Under the pieces are notes generated by a model. That model saw only the letters and a program-made list of their open reading frames with translations, was not told where the DNA came from and made no database searches. A stretch of DNA of 36,952 bases from Amoebophrya sp. A120. Taxonomy: Eukaryota; Protista; Dinoflagellata. A program made the translations under genes and the position numbers. Below, piece after piece: positions 17,205 through 28,700 of the stretch; positions within the stretch are counted from its first letter, which is position 1, and each line of letters opens with the position of its first letter. The stretch is from the NCBI GenBank assembly GCA_905178155.1, contig CAJINV010000006.1, positions 51,552 through 88,503 of the forward strand. The letters are read 5' to 3'.

Positions 17205-20200
17205 CTACACGTGTTTTTTTGAAGAATTTATTTCTGGCCTTCCGCTCAACCTGCACCGAAAACCGCAGCACTTGCGTGGACGCGAAGGTGACCTGCTGCT
17301 TGATATCCAAGAAAAAAAGATTGTAGGTGTAACTTTTTTGGAGGAACAGCACTACAAAGCTGTGTGGCAACATGAGAGCAAAACCTGTCATGCGCAGATA
17401 GTACTGGGAAACGCGGCTAAATGGACCGCGCAACGCATTCCCAGGATGACAGACGCAATCATCTTGCACGTTGCGCATCACAAACTTACACTAACAATGT
17501 TTTTCTCTTGGATACTTGCTCGCCGACTGCCGCTGCTGCTTCCACGCGAACTAGAAGAGCCGCTCTTGCTCTCGCTCCTGCGACCATATCAAACGCAAAA
17601 ATCGATCTGGGTCTGGAGATTTGTAATGCTAAAAGTGAATGGGAGTTGTTCCACTGCAATACGGAGCCAAGCATGACAAATTTTTGGGCTCATGTGTTGC
17701 GTGTTCCGCATGGCAGACTGCGTTCTTTTTGCATGGCAGGTAAGAGGACAGCTTTGTGCCCATGCATCACAGATTCTTGAGCCATGTCAGACATGCATGA
17801 CAAATGTAGCAATCTTCCAGACCCAGACATTTTTACATTTGATAGACCAGGCCGGTTCGACGCCGCGCCGGAAGGTGGGTTTTTCGCTTTGATGTTGCGC
17901 CCGCGCAACCCGGCCGCAGGAGTTGCACTTCTCGAGCTGCTACAACCCGCCTGCGCAACCCCGCACGACGGTGTTGGTTGCTCCTCGACGAGCTTAGGAA
18001 CCGGAAGCAGCGTGGTCTGAAGCAGTGCGGTATCAAATGCAAAAATGTAGTCTGGATCTGGAAGATTGGAACTTGTGATGCTAACTTGGGATAATGCATC
18101 TAACTTGTGATGCTAACTTGTGATGCTAACTTGGAACTTGTGATGCTAACTTGGGATAATTCTAAAAAAATCTGTATTGCATGAGGACCAGCAAGGGGTG
18201 GAGTCTTGTTTGTGCTACGCGGGGCGGGCGTTTGTCATGCGGGGTAGGCATCAGGAAGGGTAGTTCTAAAAGTCTGTGATGCAGCTAGGGTGTGCAACAT
18301 TACAGACGTCCTGGGTCATGCAAAACATGCATCAGACAAGTCTCAGAATCTTCCAGACCCAGCAGCCATTTTCGCATTTGATATGCGGGCAAAAGCGCAT
18401 CGTCCATAACCTCCAGCGTCAGGGTTTGCAGAACTTCCAGCCGTCCGCGTCTGGGGGCCGTCGCGGCATTGTACTCCGTCAAGCGGTCAAAAAGCGTGTC
18501 TAGCGCGGGCTGTTCTCCTCTAGGCAGCTCTTCCTCTGACTTCAGCATGAGTTCCCCAATCGCGATCTGAGAATCCCGAAGGAGGGAGAGCGTTGCCAAA
18601 AAAGGGTACTGGATCTCGCCGGGACCAAATGAGGAAAAACGATACGCGGAAACTTTGTCTCCTTCCGTTACCCACACCGCCTCATTGAACGTCTTCAGCA
18701 CGCTGACAAAGGGAGGAAGCGTATATAAATCTTGAATATATACAAAGACCTTCATCTTCAAGCTGAGTTGTTCGTCCGTTGTCGGAAGCTGCGGGGGCCC
18801 CCCGTCTGCTGCCGATGCAGTCCATTGTGAAAGCAGTGCAGCAAACGCGCTCCCGCTCTGCGCCTGGAGCTGCGACACTTCCCGAAAACCCTCAATAACC
18901 TTCCCAAAAAGGTCCTCCATGCTGGTGTTTGGTTCCTGTATCCTCGCTCGGTCTTTGATCTGCATCATCTCGTAGCGTGCAGCAGCCAGTAAGACCGCAC
19001 GTTCGTCCGCTTCGAGTTTTACTGCATGGCGCCCCGGACCCTTTTATGGATTGCAAAAATGTCGGGGTCTGGAAGGTTGGAACTTGTGATGCTAACTTTG
19101 GACTCTAAAAAATTCTGTATTGCATGACCAGCAAGAGGAGTCCGGTTTGTGCTACGCGCGGAGGGCATTTGTCATGCGGAATAGGCATCAGGAAGGCCTC
19201 TAAAAATCTGTGATGCTAGGGCTTCCATGACAGACATTCTGTGTCATGCAAAAACAGCATAACAAATTTCGGATTCTTCCAGACCCAGACATTTTTACGA
19301 TTGATACCTTTTCGACCTGCCCGAGAGCTGCCGAATACTTTGTCTCCATTTTTCTCTCCACTTCTTCCGCCCACTCCACCACTTTTTTGACGGCGGCAAA
19401 CTTCGTCCTCAGGCTTTCGTTTCTTTCTATGATTGGGCTAGCTTCGAAGACTTTTTCCGTGACAAGAACTTTCCTTTCCTCCTTATCAAACGGAAAATAA
19501 GTCCCCCCTCCGCATATCAAAACGAAGTTTCTGATGCTGGATTTGCGCACTATACAGATCAGGTTTGTCTTGCTTGAGAGGACAGCAGGCCTATAATTCT
19601 AAGACTGGGTAGAGATGTTTTCACCTAGGCAATCATCTAGTCTGCACAGCCAACAGCATCACAAACCGCCAGCAGAATGCGGCGGTTGTCTGTGGACTTG
19701 CGTCCTTGCAACACAGAGACAACTTGTGGTCACAAATCAGGATTACAAATTATCTGCGATATACCTTTTCGATATGGGAAGGGGGGATTTTCCCTTACGA
19801 TACTCCTCGCTCAGGTGGAGCCGTGCCTTCTTTCGCAAAGTTTCGCCGACCTCTTTGGCCTTCGCAAGCGTGGTATTAACTGCAAATATGTCTGGGTCTG
19901 GAAGGATGCGAGGTTTGTCATGCATATTTTGCATGGCTCATGATTGTCTGTAATGCATGATCTAGCGTCACAGATACAGATTCTTAGAGGGATTGCTAAT
20001 GCCTATTCCGCATGAGAAATGCCCTTCCCGCGTAGAACAGACTGGACTCCTCTTGCTGGTATTGCGATACAGATTTTCTCTAGAATCCAAAGACAGCATC
20101 ACAGGTTGCAACCTTCCAGACATCCAGGGATTTTTGCATTTGATACGTGGCCTGGTCTTTATTTGCCGACGGGCAGGGCGATGCTTCCATCGCCGCCTCG

Positions 20201-23200
20201 ACCTCCCACTCTCGCACGAAGCCATACGGCACTACTTCCGCAACCCTACTCTTTGACTATCAACTGCAAAAATCCCTGGATGTCTGGAAGAGTGCGAACT
20301 TGTGATGCGCATTTAACGACACACACGACCACACAAATCTCTCATGCATAGCCAGCAAAAGAGGTCCGTTTTCTGTCACCAAAGTGGGGCGACATTTGTC
20401 ATGCGGATCAAGCAATGCGGAAGCTTCTCGAGGAGATCTGTGGTGCTAGGGCTTCCATGACAGACATTGATTCTGTGTCATGCAACAACAGCATGGCAAA
20501 AATTCAATATGAATTCTTCCAGACCCAGACATATTTGCATTTGATATCTTCGACGTTGCTAACTTCTTCTTCCCCAAATGCACCATAGCTTTGAACTGGG
20601 TGACATCAAAAGGAAAAATCCCCCCTCCCCATATCAAAACGAAACTTCTGACGCTGGATTTCCCTACACAAAAAAATCCGATTTGTCCTGCAGGAAGGTA
20701 GCGCAGCCAGATGCTCGGCCTAGATAGGGGCGTTTGGGTCTAGTTGCTTAGCATTACAAGAAACGGCTGTCCCCTAAGCGCAACATTGCGTGCCAAATCG
20801 CTTCCATAATGGCGAGGAAGCCTCTGCGCCTGTCTTTTTGCAAGACAGACGCACGTGATTTGTGGTCTCAAATCAGCAACACAAATTTTCGGAAACATAC
20901 CTTTTCGATATGGGAGGGGGGATTTCTCCGTACAATAGGTGAGTACGAGATCGATCCTAAGGACTGCTGACTGCCAGGCCGCGGCCTCGCACATCTTGCG
21001 AAACAACTTTCTTCCCCCGATAGAATTTTGGTCATCTTGTTCGCTTTTCACAATCTGGCGGCCGAACGCCGTGTTTTGTATGTATTCCCACAGTCGATGT
21101 CGAACGCCGTGTTTTGCATGGCGAAGCAGTGTCTGTATTCCCACAGTCGGGTGGAGCAAAAGGGGTAGCGCGCAGCTATTCCACCACTTGGTCGCGTCCT
21201 TAGTAGCGTTGACAACAGCGGTCACTACCCAGCGTTGAACCTCATCTTTTGAAAGCGCTCTCTCCAGGTTCGGGCCGCTGCTCTCCGACAAGACAAGTTC
21301 CCCTTTTTCTCTCATGAGACGCTGATAGCCGGCGCTTGCTCGGATCGTTTCTATGTCTCGGGCCTTGTAGTTCCGACGTATACGTGTGGCCTCCTTCGAC
21401 TGCTGCATCAATGCGCACCTCCTTTCGTGGGCCTTTCTTTTCTCCCGCGCAGCTTGCTCGGCAGTACTGGGTTCGACTTCCAAATCGCCCAGACAGATCC
21501 GCTCACCCCGGAGCGCTTTCGCTCGTATCTCGCCCAGGCGGTATTGAGAGGAAAAATCCCCCCTCCTCATATTGACAGGGTATGTCTCCGGGAATTTTTG
21601 TTGCTGATTTGAGGTCACAAGTCAGATTTGTCTTGCAAGAAGACAAGTGCACCAGAGGCATCCGCCCAATTGCGCAAGCGATTTGGCATGCTGTTGGTCC
21701 TAGAGGGTAGCCGTTTGCAATGCTGAACAACTAGACCTGAGCGCTCGCAACTAGGCTGCGGACCTGGCCGTAGTGCCTTACTGCAAGACAAGTCGGATTT
21801 GTGTACGCAAATCAGCAACAGAAATTTCCGTTTTGATATGGGGAGGGGGGATTTTTCATTTTGATAGGCGGCGCGCCCACTCGTTCCTTTCCCGTTCCCG
21901 GGCTTCTTCGCGCTCCTGTTCGATTTCCCTGATGACGGCGTCCCAGTCCGCAGTCTCCTGCGCCTCTCGCCGCTCTTGTTTTGTGAGTTTGTTCACAACC
22001 TTCTTGCGCGCCTCTTTGATTGCTTGTTGCTCCTCGGTATGCATTGCAAATGTGTCTGGGTCTGGAAGTTTGTGTTGCTGACACTCGCATCAGAGAGTAA
22101 CCGCTTATACGGCATAATAGCAGCAGAAGTTTATTGGCCGCAAGGCGGGTTGCTGATTCATTTTCATTCATAAAACGCATGTAGACAAACTTCCAACCAG
22201 CACGACAAAAAAACTGGCGCATCGCATTCATGCATTACAGATCTTCTTGTCCTTCAATTCTCGCATGACAAATCCAGACCCAGACATATTTGCAATGCAT
22301 ACTCAGCAAAGGCAGCTTGCTCGAGCTCCCTCTTCCTGGCCTCTTCATCCTCCCGTTCCTGGGCCCTCTCCTCGGCCTCGGCTTTTTCCTCTTTACGCTT
22401 CCTCTCTTCCCGCCGTCTTACATCTGCTGCGACTGCGTTTCGCAGGTGCTTTATCCGCGCAGAGAGCACCGCAACCCGAATGTACAGCTGTTCCATACTG
22501 TGAATTACCGCGTGCGCGTCTTCCAATGCATCCCAGGTCCCCACGAATGCTGTGTCCGCATAATGGTGGCCATCTGTTGGATTCTTCACATATGTCGCGC
22601 AATTCTCTTCCACAAACCGCTTCCGCGGGAGCACGCAGCGTCTGGCTGCTTTCACGAGTTGCACGGCTTCCCGTAGCGCTTTCTCAGTCCTAACCCTGTC
22701 TCCCGCCCGCGCCTCTTGCCCCTCGACCAGCGCGCCGCCCAAGTTGTGCCACAGAGCCGGGTAGCTGACCACCGGCTGTCCTGTTTCGTGGCCCACCCCC
22801 ACTGCGGCACGCATGGCCTGCGAGACTGCGCCGGGCTTCTGCTGTACTTCTTCCGCCCGTTGCACTTCCCCCAGTGCTGGCGGCGCGTCCGCCCCGCGGC
22901 CCGGACCCGCAACAGGAGCTGCCCCTGCTCCAGCGCCGGCCTGCTGCTCTTGCTCGTTGATCTCACCGATTCGCAGGACTAGTTGCACCGCGGCACGGAT
23001 TATCAAATGTAAATGTGTCTGGGTCCTCTGGAAAAGTGCAACGTTTGTCATGCACGTTTTGCACGATGCGTGAGGAGGTCTGTGATGCATGCCGTAGCAT
23101 CACAGATTCTATGAGATCTTTTCCATGCCTTTTCCGCATGAGAAACCGTCTCTCGGCTTTCTCAAAAGTGAACAGCTTTATTGGTAATCATGCAACACAG

Positions 23201-23680
23201 ATTTTTGTATGATTCAGATTTAGCATGACAAGTTGTACTCTTCCGGACCCAGACATATTTGCAATGCATACGGATTTCGTCTACTTTCGCGTTCACGGAT
23301 GCATTTCGCTCACTTTCGCTCACTTTCGCGTCGACTAGCTTGTCAAAGGATCCGTATGCATTCGCGTGACATTCCAATCGTTTCGCGTCAGCGTACTGAA
23401 AGCATTTTTTCTGGTGAAGCAGTTTTTCCGCTTCAGGAGAAGTGGAGGACGACGCGGCAGTCGGGCGCAGCTTGTTCAGAGTGAAGGCAACGCAGCACAG
23501 TGGCGCAACGAGAAGCTCTTGGCCGCAAAGAAGCACGGCGGAGATGATCATAACTTTCTTCATCGTGGTGCACGTGGCCTTCTTGATGTGGCGCGGCGAA
23601 AGAGGCAGTAGTACACGGTCCGGTCGCGGAGTGAGACGAGGGGACTTTTTTACCAACGCCAACCGCTCCTGGTGCTCCAT
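17205..23680 (-). CDS. Hypothetical coiled-coil-rich protein (~1087 aa), 12 exons and 11 introners; 3' end uncertain
   Basis: Exons 23680-23271, 22995-22302, 22032-21867, 21536-20938, 20598-20547, 20252-20146, 19868-19803, 19478-19307, 19039-18384, 18025-17845, 17581-17515 and 17298-17205 total 3264 nt in one open frame joining the listed minus-strand ORFs. Confidence 0.75.
17304..17514. mobile_element. Introner family F
   Basis: TATCCAAGAAAAAAAGATTGT...ACAATGTTTTTCTCTTGGATA; flanks CTTGA/CTTGC. Confidence 0.85.
17587..17844. mobile_element. Introner family A
   Basis: Family A TIRs; TSD GACCA. Confidence 0.92.
18031..18383. mobile_element. Introner family A with internal tandem expansion
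   Basis: TSD TGCGG; AACTTGTGATGCT reiterated 4 times at ~18070-18160. Confidence 0.92.
19045..19306. mobile_element. Introner family A
   Basis: Family A TIRs; TSD CCTTT. Confidence 0.92.
19484..19802. mobile_element. Introner family B
   Basis: Family B TIRs; TSD CTCCT. Confidence 0.92.
19874..20145. mobile_element. Introner family A
   Basis: Family A TIRs; TSD CGTGG. Confidence 0.92.
20258..20546. mobile_element. Introner family A with 8-bp flanking repeat
   Basis: Flanks TCTTTGAC/TCTTCGAC. Confidence 0.9.
20604..20937. mobile_element. Introner family B
   Basis: TSD GGTGA; the left terminus is CAT instead of TAT. Confidence 0.9.
21542..21866. mobile_element. Introner family B
   Basis: Family B TIRs; TSD GGCGG. 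Confidence 0.92.
22038..22301. mobile_element. Introner family A
   Basis: TATGCATTGCAAATGTGTCTGGGTCTGGA TIR; flanks CTCGG/CTCAG. Confidence 0.92.
23001..23270. mobile_element. Introner family A
   Basis: Family A TIRs; TSD CGGAT. Confidence 0.92.
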
Positions 23681-25249
23681 GATGTTAAAAAATGAGTTCA
23701 GGGTAGTGCAGGATTTTTGTTAAGGGTAGTGCAGGAATTAATATCCCAGTCGTTTCGCTATAGTTATATTAGACTTTACTTCGCAAGGGCAAATGTGATC
23801 ATAAAGAAAAATACTTAACGTATACCGAAATTATACCTGACCAAAAGAACCTCAGGGACGATAAATCATACAAGGAGCAGCTGGAGCTGATAGTGCTTCT
23901 CTATAATAGTATACTTGTGCCAAAACTAGAACTAGTTGGAACGACTAGGCGTCAGTCGTGACAAAACTTTGCAGGATGGGTGAGGTAGTTGTTGCTTTTA
24001 GTAGCAAGGTCGTACTCGATCTAATTTTTACAGCACAAAAAAGATGATTTAAATGTGTTCGACTAGTATATATAAGCCTTAGTCTGTCCCTGTTCAACCC
24101 CCCTATCCTACTACTTTTACGCAGCACAATAAACTAGAAAACAAGAATCCGGCCTCAGGGTAAGGTACTTTAGCGCCTCCAAAATGTTAAAAACAAGGGT
24201 AGAAGCTCCTGTGTGCGAGATTTTTACTATTTGGCCCACTTTCCATTCGTCCAAACGCCACGACAGCGACACAGTTCGGCTTTATTGCCTTGTTTTAGGT
24301 GAAGTTTTCCTGGTGCGAATTGCTTTGCCATGCGTTTTCTACACCCGCCATGCCAAATAAAACCGAAAAGGCACCGGAGCTGGGTACTAGAGCACCAGGA
24401 AAACGGGAGCAAATTCATTCGGTGAAATTCTACGGCTTTCTGGATCAGAAAATTTTTGCTGCAAAAAGCTATCACGTTACAGACGATTTGAAATTTGGTA
24501 ATTAGACCGAGTTCTTGTACAGGTTTTTCTCGCTCTCACCGACTAGTAATGTTTTTGTTCTATCCAGGATCTTTCTACTACTTCCAGTTGCATTTTTTAC
24601 CTCAGTCTTTTCACATTGTTCATCCCTACTTCCAGGATCTTCCACTTGCGAGCAAGTTCATTCTACTTTTAACCGACGTGTATTTTTGTCTTGGTGTGCC
24701 TATGTTGGCTATACTATCGGCGTTTTTGCTTTACTTCTGCAAGAGCTTGTTTTATTGTTACATCTTCACATCATACCTCTCGCGATCTCGCACTTCCTCC
24801 ACTGCTTCGATACCATTCGCTTTTCTGCATACAAACCTAATCATCCATTGATGAGCCGGTTGTTTGACCGAGGTCCTGATTTTATTGCAATGATCTCGCT
24901 CATAGTATAAAATATGACTCATCGGGATCTGATAGTGATACTGATGGAAACATACCGCGAGGTGGAGCCACAGCAGAACAGGCCGGCGCAACGGAACACT
25001 TATTAAATCCACAAAAAATAAGCATGTTGTGACGATAAACACGCGGCAAGCACTCACAAAATACCAATATTGCGTCGTACTGCGCGGCGCCCCTCCATCT
25101 TCCGTGAGAGTAGTTATATGCAGAATGACGAGACTTCTCAGCATCAAATTCAAAATACATTGAATTGCGCTGAAATCAATGGGGACCGTGAAAGTTTTTT
25201 GGATTTTGCTCTCGTCAGTATAGGCGCCACGATGAGGGAAACAGTTGTG

Positions 25250-25597
25250 ATTTAGATAACATCTTCCACGGCTGTCGACTCCCACGCTCAGCTGGGGTGG
25301 AGGCAACTACCCGGTGGTGTGGCTAGCTGCGCACTGACCTCCGATGTGAGCAGCCGTAGCATCGTCGCGAGGAGGAGGGAACAGCAGTGCGGAGACCGGT
25401 GGATTCGCAATGCGAGAAGCCGGAAGAAGGGGTCAGACCGCACATTACAGAACACGAAGTGGAACAGCGACGAGATGATGACGACAGGCCTGCTGGATCA
25501 ACACCATTTCCGATCTGAAGTTGTCATTAGATGTTGTCATGTTTTATGTTTGTGCCTTTGTAATATATAAAAAAAAGAAATTTAGATAACATCTTCC
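25250..25597 (+). mobile_element. Short retroposed insertion (312 bp) with A-rich tail and 18-bp TSD
   Basis: ATTTAGATAACATCTTCC at 25250-25267 and 25580-25597; the insert is GC-richer than its flanks and ends TAAAAAAAAGAA. Confidence 0.7.
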
Positions 25598-25779
25598 TAC
25601 TTCAGTATCCATGCTCCAGCACTACATTTCTTGAGGTTAGTACCTATTCGCGTCTCCTTCCACAAGGCAGTTTCTTCAATTCGTGTCTCGGCGTCGACGT
25701 GCCAGAATTTCCGCAACGAAAAGATTTCTCAGAAAATATATAAAACAACTCCGTCGTGGCGCAATGATATTTAAGCTCT

Positions 25780-28700
25780 TTACGACTTGCTTTTCCCCTG
25801 CTTGTTCGCACCGCCACCACCTTTGTTAATATTTCCCCCAGCACCTCCGGCTGCACTACTGTAGTTATGCGTTCCTTTGTTATTTCCGCCAGCTGCGCCC
25901 TGAGCATGATTTTTACCGCCCCCGCCGCCTTGCTTGCTGTTTCCATAATGCTTACCCCCACCACCTGTAGGAACTGCTGTTGTTGTTCCGGAGTGGTGAT
26001 GTTGGGCTGTTTTGTGCTGTTGGCCGTGGTGGTTCCAATGGTAGTTGTGGGCCTGTTGTTTATTTCCGCGGCTGTGTTGAAGGTTGTTTTTCCCGCCGGT
26101 AGTTTGATGATGGTCCTGCGGCCTCGAATTCCCCGCCAGCACTGCCGGTTGCGCGCGGTGCGCAGGCGCCTCCTCTCCGAGCGCCAGCTCCACCAGCGAA
26201 AGTGACTGGTCTATCGAAAGGAAAAATCCCCCCCCCCATATCAACACGGAACTTCTGATGCTGGATCTGTGTACACAAATCAGCTTTGTATTGCAGGAAG
26301 GCATTGCGGCCAGATCCCCAGGCTAGGTAGGGGCGTATGGGTCTAGTTGTTCAGCATGGCAGGCGGCTGCTCCTTAGGCTCATCAGCATGACAAATTCCT
26401 TCCATAATGGGGCGGAAGCCTTTACCCTTGCCTTCTTGCAAGACAAATGTGATTTGTGACCTCAAATCAGCAACACAAATTTTCGGAAACATACCGCTTC
26501 AATATGGGGAGGGGGAATTTTTCCTTTTGATATGGTCCTCGGGCGCACCCTCCTTGGGCTTCTGCGGAGCCGTGCCGAAGATCCCGGATCCCGTATCCTG
26601 AGTAAAAACGTACCCACACCAGAGTCAGGATGGGGAATCTGCTAGACAAATCAGCCAGCTTTGGTTGTTTGGCATGACAAGTTTGTCCGCGTAGTGTAGT
26701 GCTGTTTGAGCTAGTTTAGCAGCATTACAGATCTAGTATCTCGTGCTGATTGGAGCATGACAAATTTCAAAACCGCACTAGAAAACGCTTGTCATGGGGC
26801 TCCGCATGAGAAACATTTTAAGCATGCAGAGTTGCATGACAACTATGGTGTGGGTACGTTTTTACTCAGGATATCCCGCCGCCGCGGTGGCCGCGTTCAC
26901 CCGCAGTTGGTCGGCCATCAGCTTTATCAAGTGCAAAAATGTCATCTGGGTCTGGAAGAATGCCAGGCTTGTCATGCTTGTCTGGCATGACTCTTAAATC
27001 TGTCATGCACGTTACACAAGAGCCCGATTTTTCTGTGATGCAGAAACGCAGTTTGCCGTGCAGAATAGGCAGAACACCTAGAAGCTCAGAGACTTGATGT
27101 CATGCTGAGCCAGCACTTGTGGCTCCCTCCTGATACGCCACCCAGCATCACAAGTTTCCAGACATTCAGACATATTTGCACTGCATAAGCTTTTTGCGGT
27201 ACGTGACGGACAGCGTCTCGATGAAGGCGTGCGCGATGCGTCGGGCCTTCATGCTGTTGGCGCCGTTGAGCGCCAGGGTGGTCATGGTGCACTTCATATG
27301 AACTGTAAAAATGTCTGGGTCTGGGAGATCGCGAGATTTGTCATGCTAGACTGGCATGACTCTGGGATCTGTATTGCGTGGCAACCAAGAGCTCCTCTTG
27401 CCTGTCATGCAAGCACGCAGTTTCTCATGCGGAACTACGCAACACAGAAGCATGAAAAAAGTTGTCATGCTTGGCGGCGCATTACAGTGTGGTTATTATT
27501 CAGTGACCTGCATCACAACTTTCCAGACCCAGACACTTTTGCAATCCATACTTCATGAAGCTGTCCTCGGCGTAGTCAAACGGCGTTTTCCCGTTCGGCA
27601 AGCAGGGCATGTCGATGTCGGCGCCCAGCTGGACCTATGGATTGCAAAAATGTCTGGGTCTGGAAGAATGCAGGAGTTTGTCATGCAGATTTTGCATGGC
27701 CCATGAGGTCTGTGATGCATGCCCGAGCATCAGAGATTTTGCGAGCGCTTGCTGATGCTCATACCGCATGAGAAATGCCCTCTCCGCGAGGCACAAATTA
27801 CACTTCTTTTGCTGTTCATGCAATACAGATTTTATGTAGATTCCAAAAGTAGCATGACAAGTTGCATTCTTCCAGACCCAGACATTTTTACATTTGATAG
27901 GACCAGCCGGTCGCAGGAGACCCGGTTCCCAAAGTACGCCGCGTAGTGGAGGGGGGCCCAGCCCTCCCGGTCCAGGGCGTTGGCCAGCGGCCCAAAGTAC
28001 TCCAGCGCCGCCACGTTGCCCTTCTGCGCCGCGTAGTGCATGACGCACCGCCCGCGCTTGTCGCGGATCAGCCCGATGCTGAGTTTCTTGCACCGCCGGA
28101 TCGCGTCGTGAATTTGCTGCGGCGTGCCGATTATCCTGTGCAAATGTATCGCACTCTGGTACTAATTGCAATTTATGCATGACAAATCTTGTCCTGAAGG
28201 TTAAACAGCATGACAAATTCCATTCCATTTGTCATGCTGAGGCAACTTGTAATTATGCAATTACTACTAGTACGATGCTTTTGCAATTCATACCGATGCG
28301 CACCGTGCTCAGGAGTTGCCAGGCCTCGGGGTGCGCGTCTAGGTCAATCCACTGGTCCTTCGGTGGGAGATACAAACACGGTTGGCACACCCAGGTTTTC
28401 TGTTCCGGGCTATTGCGAGGAAAAATTTCCCCTCCCCATATCAAAGCGAAATTTCTGATGCTGGATCTGCGTACACGACTCAGCCTTGTCTTGCAGTAGA
28501 GGACTGCAGGCCCATAGCAAGCCTGCGCGGAGAGGTTTTAGCCTAGGCGCTCAGCATGACAAAAGTCGACGCCGTAGGCCCAACAGCATCCCAAACCGCT
28601 GGCATAATGCGGGAAGTCTTCTGGGTTTGCCTCCTGGCAAGACAGAGACGATTTGTTGCCACAAATAAGCATTACAAATTTCCAGATGAAATGTACCTTT

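Noticed and set aside
17551-17942. Genome-wide stop-codon reassignment
   Set aside because: Thousands of reconstructed codons elsewhere contain no in-frame stops, so the standard code fits.
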